From NCBI GenBank assembly GCA_048881705.1, contig JBHLSH010000019.1, positions 1-48,553 of the forward strand: 48,553 nucleotides of DNA, written 5' to 3'. Below the pieces are notes generated by a model that saw nothing but the letters and a program-made list of their open reading frames with translations, did not search any database and had not been told where the DNA came from. This stretch comes from Candidatus Heimdallarchaeota archaeon (GTDB lineage: Archaea; Asgardarchaeota; Heimdallarchaeia; Hodarchaeales; Hodarchaeaceae). Position numbers and translations under genes: made by a program. This document shows, in pieces, positions 38,270-47,796 of this stretch (position 1 is its first letter; each line of letters opens with the position of its first letter).

Positions 38270-38995
38270 TTGGTAAGCATTTTTGAAACTTGGGTCATTG
38301 TAGCAGCCCTAGGATTTACCCTAGCTGTACCCTTGGGGCCAATAAACGTTGAAATAATTAAAACTATTCTAGATGGATCAATATCCGAAAATACAAAATG
38401 GATTGCAGCTGTTCTTACTGGAATTGGCGCGATGACTGGTGATTTTTTAATAGCTTTCAGTGCTTTAACTATAGGAGGAGAGATTCTCATAAATCTCTTC
38501 TCAAATCCATTGATTCGATTAGGATTATTTACTCTGAATGTTTTGATATTGGGCTATTTGGGGATTTCGGCCTTGATAAGCCACCCCCCTCAATTATCGA
38601 GTGATGAAGAATCCCCTAACCAGCAAACGACGAGTCTTGTGCGGAAACGAAGGTTTGCTCAGCAGTATGTAACTGGATTTTCTTTGGTTGTTACATCCCC
38701 CTTGACGTACGGTTGGTGGATAAGCGTTGGTACGCTTATACTATTTAGTGACCTTGCGATGACCCCTGATTTAGCTGTTCGTCTCCTTGTGGTCATAATG
38801 TTCTTATCAGGCATCCTAGCGTGGGTACTCCTCTTCCCCACTCTGTTGTCAATCGTCGGTCGTTTACCTAATCCTAGCTTGTTTCAATGGATCACGAAAG
38901 GAACCGCTCTGATTCTTTTGTATTTTGCTGGTATAATGCTAACGGAGGCATGGAAAGCCCTTCTAGAGGTTCTAGCAATCTCTGGGCTGATTTGA
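38270..38995 (+). CDS. LysE-family exporter
   Basis: LAVPLGPINVEII, GIGAMTGD and GFSLVVTSP...WW, with about 6 TM. Confidence 0.85.
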   Translation: MVSIFETWVIVAALGFTLAVPLGPINVEIIKTILDGSISENTKWIAAVLTGIGAMTGDFLIAFSALTIGGEILINLFSNPLIRLGLFTLNVLILGYLGISALISHPPQLSSDEESPNQQTTSLVRKRRFAQQYVTGFSLVVTSPLTYGWWISVGTLILFSDLAMTPDLAVRLLVVIMFLSGILAWVLLFPTLLSIVGRLPNPSLFQWITKGTALILLYFAGIMLTEAWKALLEVLAISGLI

Positions 38996-39047
38996 TCCTA
39001 GGTTGCGTCCTATCCTATAATAAAGAAATCGATTGTGTGTATCAAAA

Positions 39048-39323
39048 CTATTTTTTTCCACGGTAACGTTGTTCACGTAACTTTCGCTCTGCATCAAGCT
39101 GTTTATCCGCTATATTAATGGCTTTCAGGGCCACCACAACCCATAAGGCTGTGGTTAACACCGTTACCGTTACGTCAGTAAACCAATTAACTGAAGCACC
39201 AGTAGCATATGCAGTAACTATTTCAAACAAAATTATGCAAGGAATAATCCAGGCTAACTTACTTAATGATTCAATAAATTTAGCTTCCGCCTGTTCAAGG
39301 GTTATTCGGTCAATGTCCATCAT
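39048..39323 (-). CDS. Small hypothetical membrane protein (2 TM)
   Basis: 91 aa, two hydrophobic helices, charged C-terminus and a GGAG SD. Confidence 0.65.
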   Translation of the reverse strand: MMDIDRITLEQAEAKFIESLSKLAWIIPCIILFEIVTAYATGASVNWFTDVTVTVLTTALWVVVALKAINIADKQLDAERKLREQRYRGKK

Positions 39324-39399
39324 GCGAACTCCCTATAGGCGGCTCCTTGGCGTGTTTAACATTTGATATTCATGTGAAGATAATCCCATGATCTTTTAA

Positions 39400-39993
39400 G
39401 TATTTGAAAAGCGGAACTTTTACAGGATTGGTGGGCACCACCATTCGTATGGGGATAAATTCAGCCTTCCGGTCTTCCAGAATTTGGTTTCAGAAAACGT
39501 ACATATGGAAAAAATGGGAGCCACATTCTATGAGAAATTCGGACTACCCGAGAAATTTCCGCTCATGGAAGTAAACAGATCCATTTCAACGGATAATCAA
39601 GTTTTAGCTGGAATCCTTACCACATAACAGTCATCAGAGGAATCAAACATTAGATGTTCCAGAAGTATCAACGATTACGAAAAGCACAAAAATTATATCC
39701 CTAGGTAGGAGTTAACTGAGGAAATTGAATCCACCTCGCCGTATGTAACATTGTTTAAGGAAGAAGATGGGGTTTTTGGAATAATCAATTTTGAAACCCG
39801 CACGGAATATGTTGCTTTACCGGAAGATGGTGCATTTTCATTAAAACAAGCCAGGTTGAACGATGATGAATGGGATAAGTTACCAGGCGAAGTTTTATCT
39901 GCCCTACTTTGTCGAAAATATCGGGACAGATTCAATGCCAAAGTATCCATATCAACGGTACTACGGGTGGGGTTTGTTTCGCATCAATTGTAA
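39400..39993 (+). pseudogene. Possible degraded gene
   Basis: One frame is open for about 198 codons except TAA (39625) and TAG (39706). The last 80-95 codons look protein-like. Confidence 0.35.
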
Positions 39994-40112
39994 GCATTTA
40001 CGGCGCCTCTATGTTGTGGTGCCATTCTTAGTAACGTGAATTTTGTAATCAATAAACTTTATCATTCTATTTTTCCTCCGATCAAGATCCGCTTTGTTTC
40101 ACTCCTAGAGAA

Positions 40113-40140
40113 AAAAAAGTTCCCTCGTGTGAACTTTTTT
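40113..40140. promoter_or_regulatory. 10-bp inverted repeat upstream of feoB (operator or bidirectional terminator)
   Basis: AAAAAAGTTC-N8-GAACTTTTTT, directly abutting TTTTTATAT. Confidence 0.4.
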
Positions 40141-40203
40141 ATATTCGAAAGTTATAGGATACGACAGAAGCATCTAATGTAAACACTGAATGAGAAGGTT
40201 CTG

Positions 40204-42429
40204 GTGCACGATCACCAAGTACATACTGAGCATTCGCGCCATGAGAATGCAGTTGTTCTTGTTGGCAACCCAAACGTTGGAAAATCAGTCCTTTTTCGAA
40301 ATCTAACTGGAAAGTACGCCACAGTTTCAAACTATCCTGGTACCACAGTTGAGATTTCCACGGGTAAATTGATTGGCAAAAATAACCTTGTAATAGATAC
40401 TCCAGGTACAAATAGCCTTATTCCTGGATCTGAGGATGAACGTATCACAAAAAAAATCTTGATCGAGGCTCCAGCTGACGTAATTGTCCAGGTAGGGGAT
40501 ATGAAAAACCTACGGAGAACGCTGTTCCTGACTCGTCAGCTATTGGTACTTCTCCCCGAAACCCCCGTTATTCTAGTATTGAATATGAAAGACGAAGCAG
40601 AAAATCTGGGAATACAGATCAATATCCGGAGGTTAAGCGGATGGCTCGGCATTCCCGTGATCCCGACCATCGCCACAAAAAATCAGGGAACTTTTGAATT
40701 ACTCAGAGCAATTAGTAATAGGAAGCCTAGAACCGAACAAGCAATGTTTTTTGTAGAGTATTCCCCCAAAATATCCAAAATAATCTCCGAAATTCAGTCA
40801 ATTCTCAGCGATACAGACGAGTTTCCAAATCATTTAGATCCCCGTGGTAGTGCTGAATTATTTTTGCAGGGAGAAAAGGAAATCCTTGATCTAACTACAG
40901 ATTTTTCAGACTCATCTTTACACAAACAAATCGGAGCGGCTATGGAGGTTTTACAGGGAGATGGGTTGATTCCCCTTTACGTAGCAATGAAGAAACAGCA
41001 AGATTTAACGGTGTCTTCAGTCATTGCGGAATGCCAAAGTATTGTTCCTGTCAAGAAACGATCCTTTGGAAAAGTGCTTGATGAACTTACTCTGAATCCT
41101 GTGACGGGAGTTCCGATTTTCTTCCTCACAATTTTGACCATGTTTTTTTTTGTGGGAATTATAGGAGCGGGAGAATTAGTTGATTTAATAGAGAGTCGGA
41201 TATTTGGTGAACTTATCAATCCTTTCTTAATAGAATTAGTGGAGACATGGATCCCTATTCCAATTCTTCAGATATTTTTGGTGGGAGAATACGGAATAAT
41301 TACATTCGGGCTAACCTACGCCATCGCGATAGTTTTTCCAGTCGTTACGAGTTTTTTCATTGCATTTGCAATTCTTGAAGACTCCGGGTATCTCCCAAGA
41401 TTGGCTTTTCTGGCCGATCGTCTCTTTCGTAAGGTTGGCCTGAATGGAAAAGCGGTTCTACCGATTGTTCTTGGTACAGGATGCGGAACAATGGCAACAA
41501 TGACAACTCGAATCCTAGAAACTCGAAAAGAACGCATAATTGCTACTTTGGCGATTGCTCTAGGGATACCCTGTTCAGCCCAACTTGCTGTTATTTTTGG
41601 CATCATGACTTTTATTTCCCCCATCGGAATGATGATTGTTTTTGGCGTTGTCTTCAGTCAGCTAATGCTTGTAACCTTTTTGGTAAGCAAACTGCTCCCT
41701 GGGGAGAAATCGGATTTTATTATGGAACTTCCTCCCTTACGTTTCCCTACGAAGAACATCCTATTAAAAACTTGGGGACGGGTTGAGTGGTTCTTAAAAG
41801 AAGCAATCCCGTTGTTTGTAGTTGGAACGCTATTCATCTCTTTTTTGGCTAATTTTAATGTGCTGGAAATCATCCAATACTCAACTCTGTTCGTCATTTT
41901 CTTGCTACTATGGAAAATTGTCCCAACTCAGAAGTTAGATCAACTTTCAATCTTTTCTTCAAGGATCACAACATATTTCCTCCTGCCTCTACTATTTCTT
42001 TCATTCTATCTTTCTCAAATCCCTGACCAGATAACAGTTTACTTTATTATTCTGTTTCCCAATTCTAACTTTTTATTAGAACCAAAATTCTTGGATATCA
42101 TTCTAGAACTTTCTAAACCAGTTGTGGTGACTTTACTGGGTCTGCCTCCCCAAGCAACTGTAATGTATATCTTAGGTTTTCTACGAAGAGATTATGGAGC
42201 TGCAGGTTTTTATGACCTGGCAACCCAAGGCCTTATCGGGACCAATCAGATAATAGTGGGTACCATTGTGCTTACGCTTTTTGTTCCATGTATTGCTAAC
42301 TTCTTCGTTATAGCAAAAGAACATGGTATGAAAACGGCGCTAATTATGGTATTCTTCATAATTCCCTTTGCTGTTCTTGTTGGAGCTATTGTAAACTTGT
42401 TCCTGAGTGCAGGAGGTGTCATCTTATAG
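40204..42429 (+). CDS. feoB: Ferrous iron transporter B
   Basis: G1 GNPNVGKS, G2 NYPGTTVE, G3 DTPG, G4 NMKD, LEDSGYLPR, GTGCG, LGIPCSAQ and MELPPLRFP. Confidence 0.95.
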   Translation: MHDHQVHTEHSRHENAVVLVGNPNVGKSVLFRNLTGKYATVSNYPGTTVEISTGKLIGKNNLVIDTPGTNSLIPGSEDERITKKILIEAPADVIVQVGDMKNLRRTLFLTRQLLVLLPETPVILVLNMKDEAENLGIQINIRRLSGWLGIPVIPTIATKNQGTFELLRAISNRKPRTEQAMFFVEYSPKISKIISEIQSILSDTDEFPNHLDPRGSAELFLQGEKEILDLTTDFSDSSLHKQIGAAMEVLQGDGLIPLYVAMKKQQDLTVSSVIAECQSIVPVKKRSFGKVLDELTLNPVTGVPIFFLTILTMFFFVGIIGAGELVDLIESRIFGELINPFLIELVETWIPIPILQIFLVGEYGIITFGLTYAIAIVFPVVTSFFIAFAILEDSGYLPRLAFLADRLFRKVGLNGKAVLPIVLGTGCGTMATMTTRILETRKERIIATLAIALGIPCSAQLAVIFGIMTFISPIGMMIVFGVVFSQLMLVTFLVSKLLPGEKSDFIMELPPLRFPTKNILLKTWGRVEWFLKEAIPLFVVGTLFISFLANFNVLEIIQYSTLFVIFLLLWKIVPTQKLDQLSIFSSRITTYFLLPLLFLSFYLSQIPDQITVYFIILFPNSNFLLEPKFLDIILELSKPVVVTLLGLPPQATVMYILGFLRRDYGAAGFYDLATQGLIGTNQIIVGTIVLTLFVPCIANFFVIAKEHGMKTALIMVFFIIPFAVLVGAIVNLFLSAGGVIL

Positions 42430-42645
42430 TTATTTCTGATAAAAAAACCGCGTTTATTACTCACTGTGGCCTGTGTGGGTATACATTCTTACCTCAGGAA
42501 GACTGTAATACGGCTTGTACTTCTTGTCCGTTACCCTGCAATCTTATTCGGTGCCCTAATTGCGGTTACTCTTTTCCAAAACACCAGACAACACTTGGAA
42601 AACTCTACAGAAAAATCAAATCCAGAATCGTTAAAACCAACACTG

Positions 42646-43347
42646 GTGACCGATCTGAGTGAGCTATCAATACAACATCAGGAAGAACTCCTAGAACACC
42701 TTTGGCTTATTTTATATGAAGAAATGACAGGCAATGGATCAATTGACATTAGGATCCTGAAAGATTATGTTAAAGATCACAATCTAAATTTTGAGCTAAT
42801 AATTGACAAGCTGCTAAAAAAGGGGGACATTCTGAAGATAAATTCAGGCGATTTCATCAGTCTTACCTCCCAAGGAAGAATCAAAGGTCGACAGGCAGTT
42901 AGAAGACATAGATTGGCGGAAAGAATGCTTGTTGATATTCTCAGCCTCTCTTCGGATCAAATTGAATCTACTGCATGTTCTTGGGAGCATGTACTGAAGG
43001 CGGACGTTGAAACACAGGTGTGTACGCTCCTCGGGCACCCTACTGTCTGTCCTCACCAGCGTTCCATACCTAAAGGTATCTGTTGTAAAAATCATGAGAA
43101 AATTACTCAACCTGCCATATTACCACTAACTGAAATAGAACCTGGCCATAGCGCGGTCGTAGCTTACATTGCGACCGATAAATACCGTCGATTACAGAAA
43201 CTGATGGACTTCGGCATAATTCCAGGAAGGAGAATCGATGTCCTACATAAATCACCTGGAGCTGTCGTGAAAGTCGATGAAATGGTCATCGCTCTAGAAC
43301 ATGATGTTACTGACCACGTATATTTAAGAAAAATACGCCCGAGCTAG
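42646..43347 (+). CDS. DtxR/MntR-family metal-dependent regulator with C-terminal FeoA (SH3-like) domain
   Basis: EELLEHLW, RRHRLAE, ACSWEH, CPH..IP and C-terminal FeoA KLMDFGIIPG. GTG at 42646 is the preferred start; the ORF is open to 42466. Confidence 0.9.
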   Translation: MTDLSELSIQHQEELLEHLWLILYEEMTGNGSIDIRILKDYVKDHNLNFELIIDKLLKKGDILKINSGDFISLTSQGRIKGRQAVRRHRLAERMLVDILSLSSDQIESTACSWEHVLKADVETQVCTLLGHPTVCPHQRSIPKGICCKNHEKITQPAILPLTEIEPGHSAVVAYIATDKYRRLQKLMDFGIIPGRRIDVLHKSPGAVVKVDEMVIALEHDVTDHVYLRKIRPS

Positions 43348-43587
43348 CTAGTCCATAATGTGTATTCATCCAAGGTCTCAGTTAAATCCGATCAATGGGA
43401 CCATTGTGTATAAGAAAATCATTAATTGACGTTAATCGATTTGCAGCCAAGATACGAGGGAAGTGGTATCTAGGGTTTTTTATGTGAATTATTGATCTGG
43501 ACCTACTTGCAGGCGGCATTTATCTCATTCGCAAGCAAGTGGTTAAAATAATAACAAATAACTGTTGAATGAGAAGGTACAACCAAG

Positions 43588-44283
43588 ATGATCTCATCTA
43601 GATCGCTTACTTTGAGTATTGGTGTGATAGCACTAATATTGATTTCGGGTACGCTTTTTATAATCTTAACATATAAAGAACCATTGGCAGACCTAGGCCT
43701 TGCGGCGGATTTTAACCTTTTAGATGAAAACAACCAAACTGTGACATTCGTGACTTATAATAGCGGAGAACGGGTTGTTGTAGTAGACTTCATATATACT
43801 AGTTGTCCTGATTTGACTATGTGTCCGCTTAGTTCTTCAATGCTAAAAGGTGTTCAGTCTGCACTGTTGGATAGGGGTTTTACTGGGCTTGATTTCCATT
43901 TGCTTTCGATTTCTTTCGACTGGTTGAATGATGGTTTGGATGACATGAAGAATTACTCTCAGAAATATGGTGCTGATCCTTCCGTCTGGTCCTTTTTGTG
44001 GGGAAATGAAAGTCAGATTGCGCACGTCACAAGTGCTTACGGTATTTTTGCGGGATATCCTAATATCACAAGCAGTCTAGTGTCTGCGGCAGATCGGGGT
44101 TATAATCTTGCTGAAATTCATGGGATTAGCCATGAAAATCACTCAGTCATGATTCATAACATGGGATTATCGATCATTGATGGTTTTGGTCATGTAAGAG
44201 CCAAACACACTTCCGTAGATTGGACCGTTGATCTTGTTGTTGATCAGGTTGTACGGTTGATTCAGGAAACTGGAGGAGCCTGA
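43588..44283 (+). CDS. SCO1/SenC-family copper chaperone
   Basis: N-terminal TM, DFIYTSCPDLTMCP, LLSISFD, WSFLWG and conserved His in IHN...IID. Confidence 0.88.
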   Translation: MISSRSLTLSIGVIALILISGTLFIILTYKEPLADLGLAADFNLLDENNQTVTFVTYNSGERVVVVDFIYTSCPDLTMCPLSSSMLKGVQSALLDRGFTGLDFHLLSISFDWLNDGLDDMKNYSQKYGADPSVWSFLWGNESQIAHVTSAYGIFAGYPNITSSLVSAADRGYNLAEIHGISHENHSVMIHNMGLSIIDGFGHVRAKHTSVDWTVDLVVDQVVRLIQETGGA

Positions 44284-44376
44284 TTAGGGATCTAGGGACT
44301 CACAGATCAAGCAATTGTACGTACGCTTCACACCAAACTCGACAGATTATAAAACAGGATAAATCGGCGTCCTAGT

Positions 44377-45549
44377 ATGATAATCACTCAATTTCGGTAT
44401 CCTGCGTTATTTCTGGCAGTCTTATCGGCAGCAACTGGTATTTTGATTGGAGTACTTCGCCTAGGATATCCATCGATACCTCTTCCCCCATATCTAACGG
44501 TCTCCATCTTCGTAGCCCATCCTGAAATAATCATCCTGGGTTTTTTTAATCTCGTAATCTACTTAGAGCGGTGGGAGGCGCGTGGTGCCATTGAACATCC
44601 AGGTCGATGGACATCGGAGTTCCTGATAGTCCCTCCATGTCTGAGCGCAGTATGCTTTCTTCTTAATCTATTGTCACTATGGCTAAACGGCCAAAATTCA
44701 ATTTTCTGGCATCTAGGATGGTTCTGGACCTTAATTGGGTTATTCTTTATGATTTGGGGTCAATCATGGGTTTTTCGAACGATTCCTCAGTCACGGGGTA
44801 GTTCAAGTTTCCTCATTCTTGCCTCTTTCCTTCTAGGTGGTATGGCACTTTTCATCATTCTGGATTGGACTCTGAACAGGTTTTATTTGTACCTAGTTTT
44901 GTATTTGGTTTTGATAGTTCTAGGGGAGCGTTTAGACCTTGGGAATGTACCAAATATCGTGTTCAGAGTTGTCGTTGGAGGAGGAATAGTTTTACCATTT
45001 CTTGCACTTGGAGATTTGATTTTTGCATCTCCCTTAGTTCTTCAAGCAGTTTTGGGAATTATGACCCTCATTCTTGTCTTTTTGGTCGTATTTGATACGG
45101 GATTAACTTCAATCCAGAGTTCAACCTGGATAAGGGATTACCAACAGTGGATTCTTAGAGGAGCTTATTCGTGGTTAGGTTTTGGGCTCCTACTTCTAGG
45201 GGCATATAGTGTATCGTTTCCACTTGTTGGGATATATGACTCGGCCCTACATTCGATTACTATAGGATTTATACTCTCTATGGTCATTGGACACGCTCCA
45301 CTCATTTTCCCAGGATTGCTCGGAAAGGCCCCAATTCAAAAGCTGCGTGGCGGACTGATTTGGCCTCTTCTCCTCTGGGGGACGCTAGCTCTGAGAATCA
45401 TAGGAAATTCAGGCATCAGCTCGATTCCAGAGGTAAGAATTTTGGCTGAAACTTCAGGATGGCTAGCAATGCTCGTTCTACTAGGATTTGCTCTTTCTAT
45501 GGTAGAAGCCGTAAAGAAATATTCCTATTTCCCTTGGGAACGACCGTAA
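44377..45549 (+). CDS. NnrS-like polytopic membrane protein
   Basis: About 12 TM with His/Glu motifs HPEIIILGF...YLER, VLGERL and LHSITIGF...IGHAP. It is adjacent to DUF2249. Confidence 0.6.
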   Translation: MIITQFRYPALFLAVLSAATGILIGVLRLGYPSIPLPPYLTVSIFVAHPEIIILGFFNLVIYLERWEARGAIEHPGRWTSEFLIVPPCLSAVCFLLNLLSLWLNGQNSIFWHLGWFWTLIGLFFMIWGQSWVFRTIPQSRGSSSFLILASFLLGGMALFIILDWTLNRFYLYLVLYLVLIVLGERLDLGNVPNIVFRVVVGGGIVLPFLALGDLIFASPLVLQAVLGIMTLILVFLVVFDTGLTSIQSSTWIRDYQQWILRGAYSWLGFGLLLLGAYSVSFPLVGIYDSALHSITIGFILSMVIGHAPLIFPGLLGKAPIQKLRGGLIWPLLLWGTLALRIIGNSGISSIPEVRILAETSGWLAMLVLLGFALSMVEAVKKYSYFPWERP

Positions 45550-45571
45550 GATTTCAAGGATCTGATCTATA

Positions 45572-45808
45572 TTAGCGTTTAGTAATTCGAACAATCCAAA
45601 TCTCGGGACCACGGAGTTCATATTCCCAACCAAACTGATTTGGAAAGATTTTTTCAAATCTCCCCCTAAGAGGTTGAGGATCGTGGTTATTCGTGATCCT
45701 TAAGGTCTGTCCTGGCTTTATTTTCTCCCAATTCTCAAAAATGGTTGCTCTGCATTTCGCGTCTTCATGTAGAGTTCGGACATCCAAGTTAATAGTGTTA
45801 GTGTTCAT
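45572..45808 (-). CDS. DUF2249-domain protein
   Basis: LDVR...IF...L.PG..L.I.N.HDPQPL...F.WEY...GP..W.V.I.K pattern. Confidence 0.85.
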   Translation of the reverse strand: MNTNTINLDVRTLHEDAKCRATIFENWEKIKPGQTLRITNNHDPQPLRGRFEKIFPNQFGWEYELRGPEIWIVRITKR

Positions 45809-45865
45809 CTTTATATGTATCCTTGTCCTTTAAGCCTCTTTCAAACTCTGTTTTACATTTATTCA

Positions 45866-46993
45866 TTAGGGAACTTCAGGAAATCGGAATCCATCCTTGA
45901 TTCTTTTTAAAAAGGGGGGGATAACGTTCTGATAATCGTCTATTATTCCGACATCCGCAAAACCAAAAATTCGTGCATCGGGATTCTTGTTAATCGCGAT
46001 GATGCGTTTGGCGTTCTTCATACCTTCGATATGTTGGATTGCTCCAGAAATCCCGATGGCAATATAATAATCAGGCCTAACAGTACGACCTGTTTGCCCA
46101 ACCTGGTGGGGTCTCGAAATTTTACCTTCTTCAACCGCACGACGACTAGCGCCAAGTTCACAGGACTGACCATTCGTATTAATGGCTCGAACTAGTTCCG
46201 GCAATAGCCCGGAGAAATCTTCTCTGGTGACTCCCGATCCTCCAGATACTATTATCTGAGCTCGATCAAAATCTACAAAATCCTTCGTTGTTGGGATTAT
46301 TTCTCGAATAGTGACATCTAAATCCCCTGACTGGAATGAAACAGCGAATTGTTCTATTTTCGGTGAACGTGATGGATCTGGGGATAGGGGAGTAAATGTT
46401 CCAGGTCGTGCTGTTCCCATTTGGGGAAATGTAAATTTTCTAGGATTACCCAGGATAGTGGCCAGTTTAGCCTCAGCAAAGGATGGACGAATGAAATTTG
46501 CTAGTCTTTTGTATAGTTTCTTCTCTTTTTTGTGCAAATAATCCCCAATATCGAACGCGGTACAATCAGCAGAGAGTCCTGCATTACACCGTGCCGCAAC
46601 TCTTGGGGCAAGGTCCCGTCCAGTGGTTGTAGCTCCAAATAAGAATATTTCTGGCTTATAGTGAATGATAAGCTCGGTTAGAGCCCTCGTATAGGGCAAA
46701 GTAGGGTAAATTTGCGGATTAAGCTGGCTATCCGCAACAAGAATGACCCGATCGGCACCGTAGGTCGCCAAAGTTGCCGCTTGAACCTGTAATCTCTCGA
46801 CATCGGCTCCTAAATGAACTGCAGTGACCATAGTTCCTAATTTATCCGCTAGCGTACGTCCGATGGCAAGGATTTCATATGAAATCGATTCGATTTCTCC
46901 TTGGCGAGTGGTTTCAACAAAGGTAAAAACTCCATTCACCTGGGTTCCAAGATTAACTATTTCATAATCCTCTGTTGTTTCCAGGTCAAGCAA
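45866..46993 (-). CDS. fixB: Electron transfer flavoprotein alpha subunit (FixB/EtfA)
   Basis: GATTTGRDLAPRVAA, GLSADCT, RPSF...ATI, LGASR, QVGQTGRTVRP and GISGAIQHIEGM. Confidence 0.93.
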   Translation of the reverse strand: MLDLETTEDYEIVNLGTQVNGVFTFVETTRQGEIESISYEILAIGRTLADKLGTMVTAVHLGADVERLQVQAATLATYGADRVILVADSQLNPQIYPTLPYTRALTELIIHYKPEIFLFGATTTGRDLAPRVAARCNAGLSADCTAFDIGDYLHKKEKKLYKRLANFIRPSFAEAKLATILGNPRKFTFPQMGTARPGTFTPLSPDPSRSPKIEQFAVSFQSGDLDVTIREIIPTTKDFVDFDRAQIIVSGGSGVTREDFSGLLPELVRAINTNGQSCELGASRRAVEEGKISRPHQVGQTGRTVRPDYYIAIGISGAIQHIEGMKNAKRIIAINKNPDARIFGFADVGIIDDYQNVIPPFLKRIKDGFRFPEVP

Positions 46994-47795
46994 CCTCCCT
47001 TTGAGGGTTTAGCTTCAGGAATTCAATCAATCTATCTACCTTTTCCTCTGACGTATTTCCATCTAGCAGATGACACGGAGGTCTATCGAAGTCAACATTT
47101 CTTACTTTCGAAACAATGGTTGGAGAACCAGTTATTCCAGCCTCTTCTTGGCTAAGACCTATATCATCTATGTTTAGCGTCTTTATATCGTAGTTTCGTG
47201 CTCTAATCGCATATTTAAGAAGAGGGCCCCTAGGAACGTTAGCATACTTGGTCACAGTCACGAGGATGGGATAGCCTGACTCTACGATCTCAAAACCATG
47301 CTCCGTGATCCTCCTGACTTGGATGGTTCCTCCTTTATCAATAACCTGATCAGCGTAAGTTATTTGAGGGAATCCAATACGTTCAGCGACTTGCGGGCCT
47401 ACATGTCCTGTATCGCCATCAATAGTTTGTATGCCGGCAAATACGATATCAAACTTCTGTTCAATGGATTTAATGGCCCTAGAGAGGGCTTGGGCGGTCG
47501 CCATCGTGTCAGAACCAGCAAGACGACGGTCTGTTAAGAGGTAGGCATCGTCCGCTCCCATGGACAAGGCTTCCTTTAGACTTTGTTCAAAACTGGGTGG
47601 ACCCATTGTCAAAACGGTACAATTTCCTCCTGTTTGGTCCCTAAACCGCAAAGCTTCTTCTAAAGCGTGTTTACAGTATGGATTCATGATTGAACGAACA
47701 CCCGTCCTGGCCATGAACCCTTCCTGAGTCGTTTTCATCTCTTTCGGGAGAGGTACCTGTTTAATCAAAACGAGAATGTTCATTCTTGTCTCCAT
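46986..47795 (-). CDS. fixA: Electron transfer flavoprotein beta subunit (FixA/EtfB)
   Basis: VLIKQVP, NPYCKHALEEA, TMGPP, GSDTMATA and DGDTGHVGP. Confidence 0.93.
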   Translation of the reverse strand: METRMNILVLIKQVPLPKEMKTTQEGFMARTGVRSIMNPYCKHALEEALRFRDQTGGNCTVLTMGPPSFEQSLKEALSMGADDAYLLTDRRLAGSDTMATAQALSRAIKSIEQKFDIVFAGIQTIDGDTGHVGPQVAERIGFPQITYADQVIDKGGTIQVRRITEHGFEIVESGYPILVTVTKYANVPRGPLLKYAIRARNYDIKTLNIDDIGLSQEEAGITGSPTIVSKVRNVDFDRPPCHLLDGNTSEEKVDRLIEFLKLNPQREVA

Positions 47796-47796
47796 T

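Noticed and set aside
39706-39708. In-frame TAG as a pyrrolysine site
   Set aside because: The same frame also has a TAA, there are no pyl genes in the window and there is no methyltransferase context.
40204-40700. FeoB G-domain as the target GTPase of the longin GAPs
   Set aside because: FeoB is a K+-activated transporter GTPase more than 20 kb away with no known longin regulation. The real target is probably a Rag/Arf/Rab-like GTPase encoded elsewhere.
42466-42645. Apparent N-terminal TM extension making a membrane-bound DtxR
   Set aside because: Probably an over-extended ORF call. An in-frame GTG at 42646 gives a normal-length regulator.
43426-43439. FNR-like box TTGACGTTAATCGA upstream of the SCO/NnrS-like genes
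   Set aside because: Only an 8/10 match, which is expected by chance in AT-rich DNA. No CRP/FNR regulator is in the window.
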